Both the position numbers and the translations under genes were made by a program. From Chiloscyllium plagiosum (Eukaryota), in contig NW_025215100.1 in assembly GCF_004010195.1 (NCBI RefSeq), positions 10,822 through 43,270 of the forward strand: a stretch of DNA of 32,449 bases, in the 5' to 3' direction. Shown here in pieces: positions 1 to 11,417 of this stretch. The notes beneath the pieces are model-generated. The model worked only from the letters and a program-made list of their open reading frames with translations, made no database searches and was not told the DNA's origin. Each line of letters opens with the position of its first letter. The stretch's first letter is position 1.

Positions 1-107
1 GTACAAAGTTAAAAATCACACAACAGCAGGTTATAGTCCAACAGTTTTAATTGAAAGCACTAGCTTTCAGAGTGCTGCTCCTTCATCAGATGGTTGTGGA
101 GTATAAG
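1..107 (-). mobile_element. Penelope-like element terminal (pLTR) fragment, family B, with minimal hammerhead motif; runs off the window edge
   Basis: Same sequence as the arms at 24968-25151. The minus strand of 58-92 reads CAU-CUGAUGA-A-GGAG-CAGCA-CUCU-GAA-AGCU-A-GUG. It interrupts the Gypsy integrase at ~108. Confidence 0.7.
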
Positions 108-812
108 ACTTAATAATTTCTCCTTAATGAATTTTAATGGTCATCTTACTACATGCCCAAAACTTAATTTAAATGGACTGTATTTGGTCGATTCATTCGG
201 TGCATCTCTGATCATAAAAAGCGCAAATAGAACTCCCTTATCCCAAACATCTAGATCGACTTCACTGTTGCCCTCAACATGGTCTTTAATGTTTGATGCC
301 ATCTCTCTGTGCTCCCTGCAATTCTGGATGCTACGCAGTAGATTTGAATTGCTTTATTCCGAACCTCCTTAAATAGTTTGGATGTGAAGTTTGACCCTTG
401 ATTGGACTGTATCTCTATTGGTAGTCTGTATCAAGCAAAAAAGTTTGATTAATTCTTCTACAACCCTTTTAGCTGTGATATTGCATAATGGTACTGCCTC
501 TGGAAATCTCACCAATACATCCCTTATTGTTAATAAATACTTATTCCCACTTTTTGTTTGAGGTAGGGGACCTATGCAATCAATCAAGACTTTTGTGAAA
601 GGTTCCTCAAATGCTGGACTAGGTATTAAAGGTGCAGCTTTTATTACTGCCTGTGGTTTTCCGATTACTGACACGTGTGACATGTCTGGCAAAATTCAGC
701 TACATCTTTGTGCAGTCCAGGCCAGTAAAAATGTCTTTGTATTTTAGCCTGTGTTTTCCTCGCTCCTAAATGACTTCTAAGTGGTAGCTCATGCGCCACT
801 CACAGCACCTCC
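108..812 (-). pseudogene. Retrotransposon integrase (HHCC zinc finger + DDE core), disrupted
   Basis: ORF 369-692 plus flanking frames give AHE...SHLG...CQTCHTC, VLIDCIGPLP, SNQGSNFTS and WDKGVLFALFMIRDAPNESTKYSPF, with frameshifts and stops. Confidence 0.88.
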
Positions 813-1459
813 TTTCTATTCCCTCCTGACAAAACAATCTGATGAATGTCTGGCCATTCCTCATCTGCTTGACTGTGAGATTGTCTCCATTTCCTCATTC
901 AGACATCATTTATAAAGTAATAACACACACAGGGATGCCTTCACTCTTCTTCTTGGTATATGCCTTTTGATACAACTGATTTAAATTTTCATCTCTCTGC
1001 TGCAACTCAATAAGCTTAGCAGAGTGAAAGATACTTGCATGTTTACCTATTTGAACTTGTTCTGTCCCACTTAACTGATCGAAGAAAGTCTCTAATAATA
1101 CTTCAGCTTCCTTATCTGTACATTTTGATTTCTACTGCTTCAACTTGTGACTCTGTGACCTCATTACTACACAATCAGGGAAGATCCCAGGATAAATGTC
1201 CTGCATTTCTTCAGTAGCCTGTGTCTCCACTGGCTTTTCAACTAGGGTTGGCAGCACACCAGCCGATGAATCAGCTATATCAATTGCAAGGACAAATTGT
1301 ATTCCTGGAGCTCAGAGTTTGTCTAATAATCCCACCACAAATTCTCCATTCTCTTCTAGACACACACTAACCTCACCTTACATAATCGAGCACTTTTTGT
1401 CTCACCACGGATTCCCGTTACTAGCATCTTTTCTGCCAACAGTCTCTCAGGAGTACACA

Positions 1460-1995
1460 GTCGAGAGTGTGGTACTGGTAAAGCACAGCAGATCAGACAG
1501 CAGGAGATTCGATGATTTGCGCAAAAGCCCTTCATCAGGAATGAGGTTTGTGAGCCAGGGGGCTGAGAGATAATTGGGAGGGAAGTGGGGCTGGGGGTAA
1601 GGTAGCTGAGAGCACGATAGGTAGATATAGGTGAGAGTAATGGTGATAGGTCGGAAAGAAAGGTGGAGCGGATTGGTGGGAAGGAAGATGAACAGGTAGG
1701 ACTCCAACTCAGCACCACCCTCGTGACTTGTCGTACGTGTCCAACGTCCAACCCACCTATCCGTTCCACCCTCCTCTTCGACCTATCACCATTACCCTCA
1801 CCTCCATCTACCTTTCACACTCTCAGCTACTTCTCCTCAGCCGCATGCCTCCTCCCATTTCTCTCTCAGCCCTCGGCCCACAAGCCTCATTTCTGATGAA
1901 GAGTTTTTGCTCCTCGGATGCTGCCTGACCTGCTGCGCTTTTCCAACGCCACACTCTCGACTCTGATCTCCAACATCTGCAGTCTTCACTTTCTC
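1460..1995. mobile_element. Penelope-like fold-back (inverted pLTR) insertion, family A, inside the Gypsy protease region
   Basis: 14-bp TSD CTCAGGAGTACACA at 1446-1459 and 1996-2009. The left arm (~1460-1700) is an approximate reverse complement of the right arm (~1740-1995). Confidence 0.85.
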
Positions 1996-2159
1996 CTCAG
2001 GAGTACACATCTTTTCATCCTTCAGCATTACAGACTGAGAGCATTCTGTGTCTCTTAATATTGTAACCTCTTTACCTGCCACTCCAGGCCTATGTGAATA
2101 AACTTTACCTTTGCAGGTATATTTTTTAAGCAGATCTGGCACTTCCTCCTTAACCAACC

Positions 2160-3430
2160 AACTGCCTACACTCTGAGGCAGTTGTCTAACGTCCCTTGTG
2201 CTTTTTGTTACCAGTCCAACAAAACTTCCAGGCTTGTCCTATTTTCCTACATCTGGCTGTCTCATAACCCACCAGCACTGTGATTTTGTGTGGCCCACTT
2301 CATTACAAAGAAAACAGCAGAGCTTTTTACCTTCTTTGTCCCCTTCAAGGGTTTCCTTTTTACCCTGTGGTAAGTCATTCTTATGATCTTCACTGAGATC
2401 TACCTTTCCCTTTCCACATGAGGATTTCTCTTTGCCCCAATTTTAATTCCTCATGGACTGAAATTGATTCTGGTAACCAAACCAAATTTTATGGGCCAGC
2501 TCATAATCATTAGCCACTTCAGCTGCTAACCTTGCTGTTTTAACTCTCTGTTCTTCCACCTGAGTTCACACTACTTCAGGCAATGTATTTTTGAATTCCT
2601 CCAAATGAATTACCTCTTTAAGGGCATTGTAGATTTGCACGATTTTTAAAACTCTTATCCATCTATCAAAATTACTCTGTTTGATCCTTTCAAACTCAAT
2701 GTAGGTTTGACCAAGGTCCCTCCTTAGATTCCTGAAATGTTGTCTATAGGCTTCTGGTACAAGCTCATATGCACTTAAGAGGCTTTTTTCACTTCCTCAT
2801 ACTGTCCAGATATCTCCTCTGATCGTGATGCAAAGACCTCACTGGCACTACATACAAGTTTTGTTAGGATCGACAAAACCCACATGGTCTTTGGCCACTG
2901 CATTTGTTTGGCCACTTTTTCAAATGAGATGAAAAAGGCTTCTACATCCTTCTCATCAAATTTAGGCAATGCTTGAACATACTTAAGCAGTTTCTCACTA
3001 GGCTTTTGACTACCATGGATTTGGTCATGCCCACTCTCTTCCTCATTAGACTTACCTTCAGCCTTCATCTCCTTCATTTTCAGCTGACTTCCCTTTTCAA
3101 GTATCAGTTTCTGAAGTTCAAACCCTCTCTCTTTTTCTTTCTCTTCTGCTTCTAAACTTAATTCAAGCTGTTTCAATTCTACTGCCCTTTCCTTCTCTCT
3201 CGACTCTACCCCAAGTTGCTTCATTTGCAATTGAAGTCCTGCCATCTCTTTAGATCCTGATGGTGTTTCCAGCAAATTTAAATGCTGAGCTACTGCTGTA
3301 GTTATCTTTCCTTTCCTCACAGAAGGAGGCAGCTCCAACCCCAGCTTGTCTGCTAATTCCAGCAACCTGGTCTTATTCATCTATTGCAAAACTACTAAGT
3401 TCACCTCATCCACCTCCAGAAAACAATGGC
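2160..3430 (-). pseudogene. Gypsy gag (coiled-coil, capsid-like region, CCHC knuckle), disrupted
   Basis: 201-aa ORF 2775-3380 continues out of frame (AYELVPEAYRQHFRNLRR) to the CX2CX4HX4C knuckle. Confidence 0.85.
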
Positions 3431-3522
3431 AACTGAAAGAGCCATTGCTATCACAAGCTTTGTTTACCCAACCAAACCAACATCCAAAATAAAGACACGA
3501 ACACCTACCACTCGCTGTTCAA

Positions 3523-3542
3523 AATCCCACAAAGAGCCTCCA
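3523..3542 (-). other. Degenerate tRNA-Pro-type primer binding site of the Gypsy element
   Basis: Minus strand TGGAGGCTCTTTGTGGGATT resembles TGGGGGCTCGTCCGGGAT and lies 3 nt after a candidate LTR end ...ATAACA (3546). Confidence 0.6.
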
Positions 3543-3588
3543 GTCTGTTATGGCCTAGGCCAAACCACTCAATACAGTCTTAGGCCAG

Positions 3589-3838
3589 TTGTAGGCCAGA
3601 CCAGATAAGGATGGCCATTTCTTTCCCTAAAGGAAATTAGTGAAGTAGATCGGATTTTTCCAAACAATCGACAATGGATTTGTGGTTAACATTAGACTCT
3701 AAATTACAGACCTTTATTTTACTGAATTCAAGTTCCACCGTCTATCATGGCATGAATTGAACCCGTGTCGCCAAAATATGGCCTGTGCCCCTGGATTAAC
3801 AGTCTAGCAATAATAATACCACTAGGCCATCGCCTCCC
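3589..3838 (-). mobile_element. tRNA-derived SINE, SacSINE1/Deu-SINE-like, 3'-truncated
   Basis: Minus strand starts GGGAGGCGATGGCCTAGTGGT (A box), has GGGTTCAATTC (B box) and the central TCACTAAT..CCTTTAGGGAAAGAAA..GCCATCCTTA segment. Confidence 0.7.
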
Positions 3839-3849
3839 ATTAGATCTAA

Positions 3850-4110
3850 TGCAAACGGCTGGAGGCTTAATGGGAGATGTGATGACATATTTTCACTCAG
3901 AGTGTGGTACGAAACCCGGAAGTCATTGCCTGTAAGAGTGGTAGAGGCAGAAACTTCCTATAAACATTGAGGAAGTATTTAAATGTGCGTTAGTGATACA
4001 AGGCTATGGGCCAGGTATTGAGCAATATAATATTTAGGTGGCTGTTTCTGACTGATGCAAGCTTGATGGACTAAATGGTCTTTTTCTGTATTGTAGACCT
4101 CTATGATACG
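3850..4110 (+). mobile_element. Old CR1 LINE 3' end
   Basis: TTTCACTCAGAGTGTGGT...GTGGTAGAGGCAG...CTCTATGAT tail, homologous to the other CR1 3' ends in the window. Confidence 0.65.
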
Positions 4111-4139
4111 ATAACTATCACTGCAGGGTCTATAAATTC

Positions 4140-4670
4140 TCCAGGGCGGATGATTGAAGTAAGCACAGGGACATCAAGGCGATAACAAAGTCCCATATAA
4201 TGATTGCAAAGGGCGTAAGTGAGACAAAGTCAAAACGTAATAGGGCATGTAAACAAATTAAATATCAGTGGCTGAACATCAAACAAAGAAAGGTAGATAG
4301 ATTAGAAGGAAGAAACTGATAAAATGATTGGACAGCAGTGATTTATTTAAAAGGCACAGTTCTGCAGAAATATATTCTGCTTTAATAAAGAGCAAACTAT
4401 CTACCAATGAAACACCTCAGATAGGGAAAACAATGAGAAATAATAAAACAAATAAAAAAGCCACAAACTAATCAAAAAGTCAATGCCAAAGAGGGTGACA
4501 AAACAGAGTAACAAAGTATCCATGAAAATATTCAATTTAATAATTGGAAAAACAAAGAGAAAGTTCAAAATTAAATCATCAAAAATCATAAGCAGAATTA
4601 ATGAAGAATTTTACAAATACTGAAGTAAGAAATTCAAATTCAGGATAGAATCGGGCCTCTATGGAATGCA
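4140..4670 (+). mobile_element. Old, A-rich CR1 ORF2 (endonuclease-RT linker) fragment
   Basis: Decayed KRKFKIK...EFYKY...RIESGPL-like translation matching the CR1 linker motif (FYKY...RIGPL). Confidence 0.45.
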
Positions 4671-4671
4671 C

Positions 4672-7600
4672 TTAGAGTCATAGTGCTATACAGCCCAGAC
4701 ACAGTATTGTTNNNNNNNNNNNNNNNNNNNNNNNNNNNNNNNNNNNNNNNNNNNNNNNNNNNNNNNNNNNNNNNNNNNNNNNNNNNNNNNNNNNNNNNNN
4801 NNNNNNNNNNNNNNNNNNNNNNNNNNNNNNNNNNNNNNNNNNNNNNNNNNNNNNNNNNNNNNNNNNNNNNNNNNNNNNNNNNNNNNNNNNNNNNNNNNNN
4901 NNNNNNNNNNNNNNNNNNNNNNNNNNNNNNNNNNNNNNNNNNNNNNNNNNNNNNNNNNNNNNNNNNNNNNNNNNNNNNNNNNNNNNNNNNNNNNNNNNNN
5001 NNNNNNNNNNNNNNNNNNNNNNNNNNNNNNNNNNNNNNNNNNNNNNNNNNNNNNNNNNNNNNNNNNNNNNNNNNNNNNNNNNNNNNNNNNNNNNNNNNNN
5101 NNNNNNNNNNNNNNNNNNNNNNNNNNNNNNNNNNNNNNNNNNNNNNNNNNNNNNNNNNNNNNNNNNNNNNNNNNNNNNNNNNNNNNNNNNNNNNNNNNNN
5201 NNNNNNNNNNNCTCCAAACCCTTCCTACTTATATACCAATCTAAATGCTTTTTAAATGTTGCAATTGTATCAGCCACCACCACTTCCTCTGGCTGCTCAT
5301 TCCATACACATACCACCCTCCGTGTGAAAAAGTCGCCCCTTAGGTCTCTTTCTTATCTTTCCCCTCTCACCCTAAACCTATGCCCTCCAGTTCTGGACTC
5401 CTGGCCCCAGGGAAAAAACTTTGTCTATATATCGGATCCATGCCCCTCATGATTTTGTAAACCTCTATAAGGTCACCCCTCAACCTAAAATGATCCAGGG
5501 AAAACAGCCCCAGCCTGTTCAGCCTCTCTCTATAGCTCAAATTCTCCAACCCTGGCAACATCCTTGTAAATCTTTTCTGAACTCTTTCAAGATTCACAAC
5601 ATCTTTCCGATAGAAAGGAGACCACAATTGCACGCAATATTCTAGCAATGGCCTAACCAATGTCCTGTGCAGCTGCAACATGACCTCCCAACTCCTGTAT
5701 TCAATACTCTGACAAATAAAAGAGAGCATAACAAACTCATTCTTCACTATCCTATCTACCTGTGACTCCACTTTCAAGGAGCTATAAACCTGCACTCCAA
5801 GGTCTCTTGGTTCAGCAACACTCCTTTGGACCTTATCATTAAGTGTATAAGATTTGCTTTCCCAAAATGCAGTACCTCCCATTTATGTGAATTAAACGCC
5901 ACCTGCTACTTCTCAGACCATTGGCCCATCTGGTCAAGATCCTGTTGTAATCTGAGGTAACATTCTTCACTGTCCCCTACACCTTCAATTTTGGTGTCAT
6001 CTACAAACTTACCAACTGTTCCTCTTATGCTGACATCCAAATCATTTATGTAAATGACAAAAAGCAGTGGACCCAGTACCGATCCTTGTGGCACTCCACT
6101 GGTCACAGGCCTCCAGTCTGAAAAACAACTCTCCACCAACACCCTCTGTTTTCTACCTTTGAGCAGTTCTTATCCTCCCTGTATTCCATGAGATCTAACC
6201 TTGCGAACCAATCTCCCATGGGGAACCTTGTCGAACGCCTTACTGAAGTCCATATAGATCACATCTACTGCTCTTCCCTCATCAATCCTGTTTGTTACTT
6301 CTTCAAAAAACTCAATCAAGTTTGTGAGACATGATTTCCCACCCACAAAGCCATGTTGACTATCCCTAATCAGTCCTTGTCTCTCCAAATACATGTACCT
6401 CTGTCCCTCAGGATTCCCTTCAACAACTTGCCCACCACCAACATCAGGTTCACTGGTCTATAGTTCCCTGGCTTGTCCTTACCACCCTTCTTAAACAGTG
6501 GCACCATGTTTGCCAACCTTCAGACTTCTGGCACCATACCTGTGACTATTGATGATACAAATATCTCAGCAAGAGGCCCAGCAATCACTCCTCTAGCTTC
6601 CCACAAAGTTCTAGGTTACACCTGATCAGGTCCTGGGTATTTATCCACCTTTATGCGTTTCAAGATATCCAGCACTTCCTCCTCTGTAATGTGGACATTT
6701 TTCAAGATGTCACCATTTATTTCCTTACATTCTATATCTTCCATGTCCTTTTCCACAGTAAATACTGCTGCAAAATACTCATTTAGTATTCTCCCCCATT
6801 TTCTGCAGCTCCACACAAAAGCCGCCTTGCAGATCTTTGAGGGACCCTATTCTCTCCCTCGTTACCCTTTTGTCCTTAATGTATTTGTAAAAACCCTTTG
6901 GATTCTCCTTACTCGTATTTCCCAAAGCTATCTCATGTCCCCTTTTTGCCCTTCTGATTTCCCTCGTAAGTGTACTCTTACTGCCTTTATACTCTTCTAA
7001 GGATTCATTTGATCTATCCTGTGTTACCTGACATATGCTTCCTTCTTTTTCTTAACCAAACCCTCAATTTCTTTTGTCATCCAGCATCCCCTATACCTAC
7101 CAGCCTTTCCTTTCACCCTAACAGGAATATACTTTCTCTGGACTCTCGTTATCTCATTTCTGAAGGCTTCCCATTTTCCAGCTCTCCCTTTACCTGCAAA
7201 CATCTACGCCCAATCAGCTTTTGAAAGTTCTTGCCTGATACAATCAAAATTGGCCTTTCTCCAATTTAGAACTTCAACTTTTAGATCTGGTCTATCCTTT
7301 TTCATCACTATTTTAAATCTAGTGGAATTATGGTCGCTGGCTCCAAAGTGCTCTCTCAGTGACACCTCAGTCACCTGCCCTGCCTTATTTCCCAAGAGTA
7401 GGTCAAGCTTTTCACCTTATCTAGTAGGTACATCCACGTACTGAATCAGAAAATTTTCTTGTACACACTTCACAAATTCCTCTCCAGCTAAACCCTTAAC
7501 ACTATGGCAGTCCCAACCTATGTTTGGAATGTTAAAATCCCCTACCATAACCACCCTACTATTCTTACAGATAGCTGAGATCACCTTACAAGTTTGTTGC

Positions 7601-7745
7601 TGAATTTCCCTCTGACTATTAGGTGGTGTATAATACAATCCCAATAAGGTGATCATTCCTTTCTTATTTCTCAGTTCCACCCAAATAACTTTCCTGGATG
7701 TATTTTCAGAAATATCATCCCTCAGCACTGCTGTAAAGCTATCCC
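4672..7745 (-). mobile_element. CR1 (HER1-like) LINE, ORF2 endonuclease-RT pseudogene; 5' part continues at 9039-9105
   Basis: ORFs give VVMVGDFNIPNIGW, SDHN, QHGFVGGKSCLTNL, DFSKAFDKVPH, SGVPQGSVLGPLLF, KFVDDTK and LVRPLLEYC. A tail-like TATGACTCTA lies at 4672-4685 across the gap; linkage across the gap is uncertain. Confidence 0.92.
4712..5211. other. Assembly gap (500 N)
   Basis: Run of exactly 500 N. Confidence 1.
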
Positions 7746-9038
7746 ATAAGACCTTCCTGAAGAAGTGCTTAGGCCCGAAACGTCAATTCTCCTGTTCCCT
7801 GGATGCTGCCTGACCTGCTGCACTTTTTCAGCATAAGACCATAAGACATAGGAGTGGAAGTAAGGCCATTCGGCCCATTGAGTCCACTCCGCCATTCAAT
7901 CATGGCTGATGGGCATTTCAACTCAACTTACCCGCATTCGCCCCATAGCCCTTAATTCCTTGTGACATCAAGAATTTATCAATCTCTGCCTTGAAGACAT
8001 TTAGCGTCCTGGCCTCCACTGCACTCTGCGGCAATGAATTCCACAGGCCCACCATTATCTGGCTGAAGAACTGTCTCCGCATTTCTGTTCTGAATTTACC
8101 CCCTCTAATTCTAAGGCTGTGTCCACGGGTCCTAGTCTCCTCGCCTAACGGAAACAATTTCCTAGCGTCCACCCTTTCCAATCCATGTATTATCTTGTTA
8201 GTTTCTATTAGATCTCCCCTTAATCTTCTAAACTCCAATGAATACAATCCCAGGATCCTCAGCCGTTCCTCATATGTTAGACCTACCATTCCAGGGATCA
8301 TCCGTGTGACTCTCCACTGGACACGCTCCAGTGCCAGTATGTCCATCCTGAGGTCTGGGAACCAAAACTGGACACAGTACTCCAAATGGGGCCTAACCAG
8401 AGCTTTATAAAGTCTCAGTAGCATAACGATGTTTTTATATTCCAACCCTCTGGAGATAAATGACAACATTGCATTCGCTTTCTTAATCACAGACTCAACC
8501 TGCATGTTTACCTTTAGAGAATCCTCGACTAGCACTCCCAGATCCCTTTGTACTTTGGCTTTATGAATTTTCTCACCATTTAGAAAGTAGTCCATGCTTG
8601 TATTCTTTTTTCCAAAGTGCAAGACCTCGCATTTGCTCACATTGAATTCCATCAGCCATTTCCTGGACCACTCTCCCAAACAGTCTAGATCCTTCTGCAG
8701 CCTCCCCACTTCCTCAGTACTACCTGCCTGTCCACCTAACTTTGTATCATCGGCAAACTTCACTAGAATGCCCCCAGTCCCTTCATCCAGATCATATATA
8801 ACGTGAACAGCTGCGGCCCCAACACTGAACCCTGCGGGACACTGCTTGTCACCGGCTGCCATTCCGAAAAAGAACCTTTCATCCCAACTCTCTGCCTTCG
8901 GTCAGACAGCCAATCCTCAATCCATACCAGTAGCTCACCATGGGCCCTCACCTTGCTCAGCAGCCTCCCGTGTGGCACCTTATCAAAGGCCTTTTGGAAG
9001 TCTGGATAGACCACATCCACTGGGATTCCCTGGTCTAA
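7746..9038 (-). mobile_element. Second CR1 subfamily, 5'-truncated RT half, nested in the first CR1
   Basis: ORFs 7918-8862 and 8763-9040 give DFQKAFDKVPH, VPQGSVLGPQLF, KFADDTK and LVRPHLEYC. Tail repeat (CATAAGAC)n on + at 7745-7850. Confidence 0.92.
7754..7831 (+). mobile_element. Short PLE family A fragment starting at the hammerhead motif, inserted in the CR1 tail
   Basis: TTC-CTGAAGA-A-GTGC-TTAG-GCCC-GAA-ACGT-C, flanked by CATAAGACC at 7745-7753 and 7832-7840. Confidence 0.8.
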
Positions 9039-9105
9039 CTTATCAAAAATGCCACTCCCCCTCCTCTCTTGCCTCCCTTTCTGTCCTTCCTTTGATAATA
9101 CTGCC
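9039..9105 (-). mobile_element. 5' continuation of the 4672-7745 CR1 (endonuclease region)
   Basis: Translates RKDRKGGKRGGGVAFLI and joins GGATAGC at 7744 to rebuild ...GGCATTTTTGATAAGGGATAGC. Confidence 0.8.
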
Positions 9106-9390
9106 ATTTCGCAGAACATGAACTGACAGGTACACTTTGATACTTATTCACAGAACAAAATCTGTTAGCCATATATTGACACTCACACCTCGCAGAAACT
9201 GACAGATACAGGTTGATAACTAAACTCACATTCATACAGCAGAAACTGAGGGGATAGATTTATAATGACAGTCACACGCTTGAATTGCAATAACTGCCAA
9301 GGACAATTAATGACAACATTTACATGTTCATTTGGCAAGAATGGACAGGTACAGGTCGATAAATGAATTTTCATATTCACAATGCAGGAA
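9106..9390 (+). repeat. Degenerate ~49-bp tandem repeat, block 1
   Basis: Recurrent ATTCA..CAGCAGAAACTGACAGGTACAGATTGATAACTA units. Confidence 0.8.
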
Positions 9391-10508
9391 GTGAGAGATG
9401 GATACCGTGTGATGATATTGTGGCTTGAAGAGGTTTATTTTGTCCTTTTGTTCTTGAAGAGCAATTTTAAGGCAGAGACACTGAGCCACTAGACAAACAG
9501 TTTGAGGCCTATCGGGCATCTTTACGGAAACCTGAAGACTCATCAACAGACGTATTTCATGTTTGAGAAGGACACCTTGCATCTATTGTTTTAGGATAAA
9601 TTTAAGAACAAAACTTACAGACTGTTTAGATGAAGCTTATTATTGCAGCCATTCAATTTGCAAATTACATACATGGCAGGATGACAGAACCTCATTGCCA
9701 AGGTGCCGTCACGACTTTGATGAAAAAAGATGGAAGCATTTCTTAGCAGGAAAAAGTGGACTGTCGCAGTGAGTATTTGCATGCTTCAAGTCAATGAAAT
9801 GTATATGTATTGTTTACTAATAGTGTAAAAATTAGGCCATCTCTGTATATTGATGGATTCTTTTTTAGAGGGGTGGAAGGTTTGATGATCTGCTAAAAAG
9901 TGAAGATGGTATTCTTGAATCTGACAACCCAAAGGCTCTTTTAAGAGCCACTCACCGCATCTGTGAAAGGAATTATACACTCCCGTCTGTCGGATTGAAT
10001 TACCTTCCTTTAACTGATATCGGTTTCGGTCCCTGCCTTATTCGATACTGTACTTTCCTCAGGGCTGTTCACCGTTTGAGCCGTAGCATAAGGACCGTGA
10101 AATGTTTATCATGGAATATTGATGCAACGCAACCTGAACAGTGTTCGGAGTATATTATTTTTATTCCTTGTAGATGTGAGTGGTCCCGTTTCTTTAATTA
10201 TTATCTTATAAATGAATCACTCTGTCCCTGTACTACCCGCTCACACAGTTTCACGTTATCTTGAACTGCATTTAGGAAGAGCTGCTCCAGTGCCGCGAGT
10301 AAGCTTATAATGAGTGGTCGCTGACCCTCGGTGTTTTATTCTCGGATGAGTTCCTGTGTAGGGTCCTTTCCCTGGCCATGGACAGGGATGGTAATGGGGG
10401 CAACAGTCATTTTTCAGTTGGTCAAGTTGCTGTTTAATACTGGACCAGTTCGGGAGCTACCCGCCCCTGTGGGGTATGACCCTGATTTTGATCTCTGGCA
10501 AACAGAAG

Positions 10509-10649
10509 AAGCGAGTCAACATTAGAGTGGTGCTGGAAAAGCGCAGCAGGAAAGGCTTTTGCCCGAAACATCGATTTTCATGCTTCTCGGATGCTGCCTG
10601 AAGCTGTACTTTTGAAGCACCACTCTAATCTGCAGCATCTGCAATACCC
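10509..10649. mobile_element. PLE family A fold-back fragment
   Basis: ATTAGAGTGGTGCT...AGCACCACTCTAAT inverted arms. Imperfect direct repeat ATCTCTG(G/C)CAAACAG(A/C)AG at 10491-10508 and 10650-10667. Confidence 0.75.
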
Positions 10650-11295
10650 ATCTCTGCCAAACAGCAGTACCCTATCTTTGAATTCCACCGATTCATTTTA
10701 CAGTTAAATTTCCATACACCGATGCTGTTGCTTGATTGCACAGTGCTCTGAATGAGACTTTCTGCTGTCGTTTAGAAGCTTTCAAAATGAACTGAGATCA
10801 AACCAGGACAGTTGCCTCACTGCAAGGGTCAGTCAAATAGCACAGAAATAGATCCTACTGTCCAACCAATCCATACCCAATATAATCTCAAACTAGACAA
10901 GTCCCACCTGCCTGTTCTTGGCCCATAACCCTCCAAAATCTGAACAATGATATACTTATCCAAATGTCTTCAACATTGTGACTGTGTCCATATGCATCAC
11001 CCCCTTTCAAAGTTAATTCCACACAATCTATACTCTTTTTAAAAAAACTTACTTTTAAAATCTTTTTCATTTTACCTTAAAAATGTGTCTCATCGTCTTG
11101 CAGTCTCTTACCATAAAAAAATATACCTACCATTCCCCTTACCTTTAGCCCGCATGATTGTCAAAACTCAATCACCCATCAAGATCTTAGGCTCCAGAGA
11201 ACAGAAGTCCCAGCCTATTCTTACAACGGAATCTTCCATTCCCATCAACATTCTAGTAAACCTTTTCTGAACCCTTTCCAGCGCAATAGTATACT

Positions 11296-11417
11296 CAAAG
11301 TTTGCGAGAAGATTTGTAGCTCGGGTGCTCGTTGTTGTAGTTCTGTTCGCCGAGCTGGGAATTTGTGTTGCAAAATGTCTGCAACACAAATTCCCAGCTC
11401 GGCGAACAGAACCACAT
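11296..11417. mobile_element. PLE-type terminal fragment, family C, near-perfect hairpin
   Basis: 12-bp TSD CAATAGTATACT (11284-11295, 11418-11429). 33-bp perfect arms 11340-11372 and 11380-11412. PLE assignment is from remembered shark repeat termini. Confidence 0.75.

Larger units (their letters stand above)
108..3588 (-). mobile_element. Degenerate Ty3/Gypsy LTR retrotransposon, Gmr1-like (gag-PR-IN order), with stops and frameshifts
   Basis: Gag-like ORF 2775-3380 (LPKFDEKDVEAFFISFEKVA), CCHC knuckle CFLCNEVGHTKSQC (~2275-2318), protease motif ILRDTE(G)CSQS (~2030-2062), integrase HHCC and core (RHFYWPGLHKDVAEFCQTCHTC; PFTKVLIDCIGPLP; RFPEAVPL; ~110-810), PBS and LTR end near 3523-3588. 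Confidence 0.9.

Noticed and set aside
4678..5316. Long ORFs of 190-212 aa
   Set aside because: Artefacts of translating the N gap.
7918..8862. 314-aa ORF as a host gene or active LINE
   Set aside because: CR1 RT C-terminal half, 5'-truncated and frameshifted relative to 8763-9040.
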